Source: Octopus sinensis (lineage: Eukaryota). From it: 64,000 nt of DNA. The stretch lies in assembly GCF_006345805.1 (NCBI RefSeq), contig NC_043003.1, positions 93,248,001-93,312,000 of the forward strand. Direction: 5' to 3'. This document shows positions 63,826 to 64,000 of the stretch, in pieces. A model generated the notes under the pieces. The model searched no databases, was not told where the DNA came from, and saw only the letters and a list, made by a program, of their open reading frames with translations. The stretch's first letter is position 1, and every line of letters starts with the position of its first letter. The translations under genes were made by a program, and so were the position numbers.

Positions 63826-64000
63826 TTTTTGGAACCGGATAATAGCGATATTAGCGATAATTACACCACAACTGGAAATTGATGACTGGTGGGAGTGGGA
63901 AATAGCCCTCTACTTTTTACCCTCATAGCCGACAGGTGGCTTAGCTGAGGGAGGACGACACAGCCGGAAGCCGATGACCAGTGGCAAAGGAAGATAATCT

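Noticed and set aside
63940-63985. Hammerhead relic downstream of the PLE remnant
   Set aside because: It needs several core changes (CTGAGGG, GGAA) and lies at the window edge.

Overview
Repeat-saturated, AT-rich eukaryotic DNA with one 100-N scaffold gap. It is most likely from an Octopus-type coleoid cephalopod, which I infer from the SINE and microsatellite repertoire. No intact host gene is recognisable, and most ORF-track entries are translated microsatellites. The window holds decayed LINEs (two Tx1/L1-like, one R4/Dong-like, one CR1-group, two RTE), two Penelope GIY-YIG remnants, a TIR-complete pogo/Tc2-like transposon, mariner/Tc1 fragments, hAT MITEs, Helitron derivatives and several tRNA-derived SINE families. 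Four signals stand out. (1) Several mostly unrelated small elements carry type I hammerhead ribozyme motifs with palindromic stem III, in Penelope-like partial-tandem or foldback form; one at 8715-8784 has a fully intact core inside a 429-bp unit with splice signals. (2) A tRNA head is fused to a hammerhead-bearing tail, a candidate Penelope-mobilised SINE. (3) A Meta/MESC-like SINE shares its 3' end with the Tx1-like LINEs and appears to insert into copies of itself at a fixed site, building tandem arrays. (4) A second SINE-LINE tail match involves the CR1-group LINE. All calls were made by eye; no searches or folding were run.
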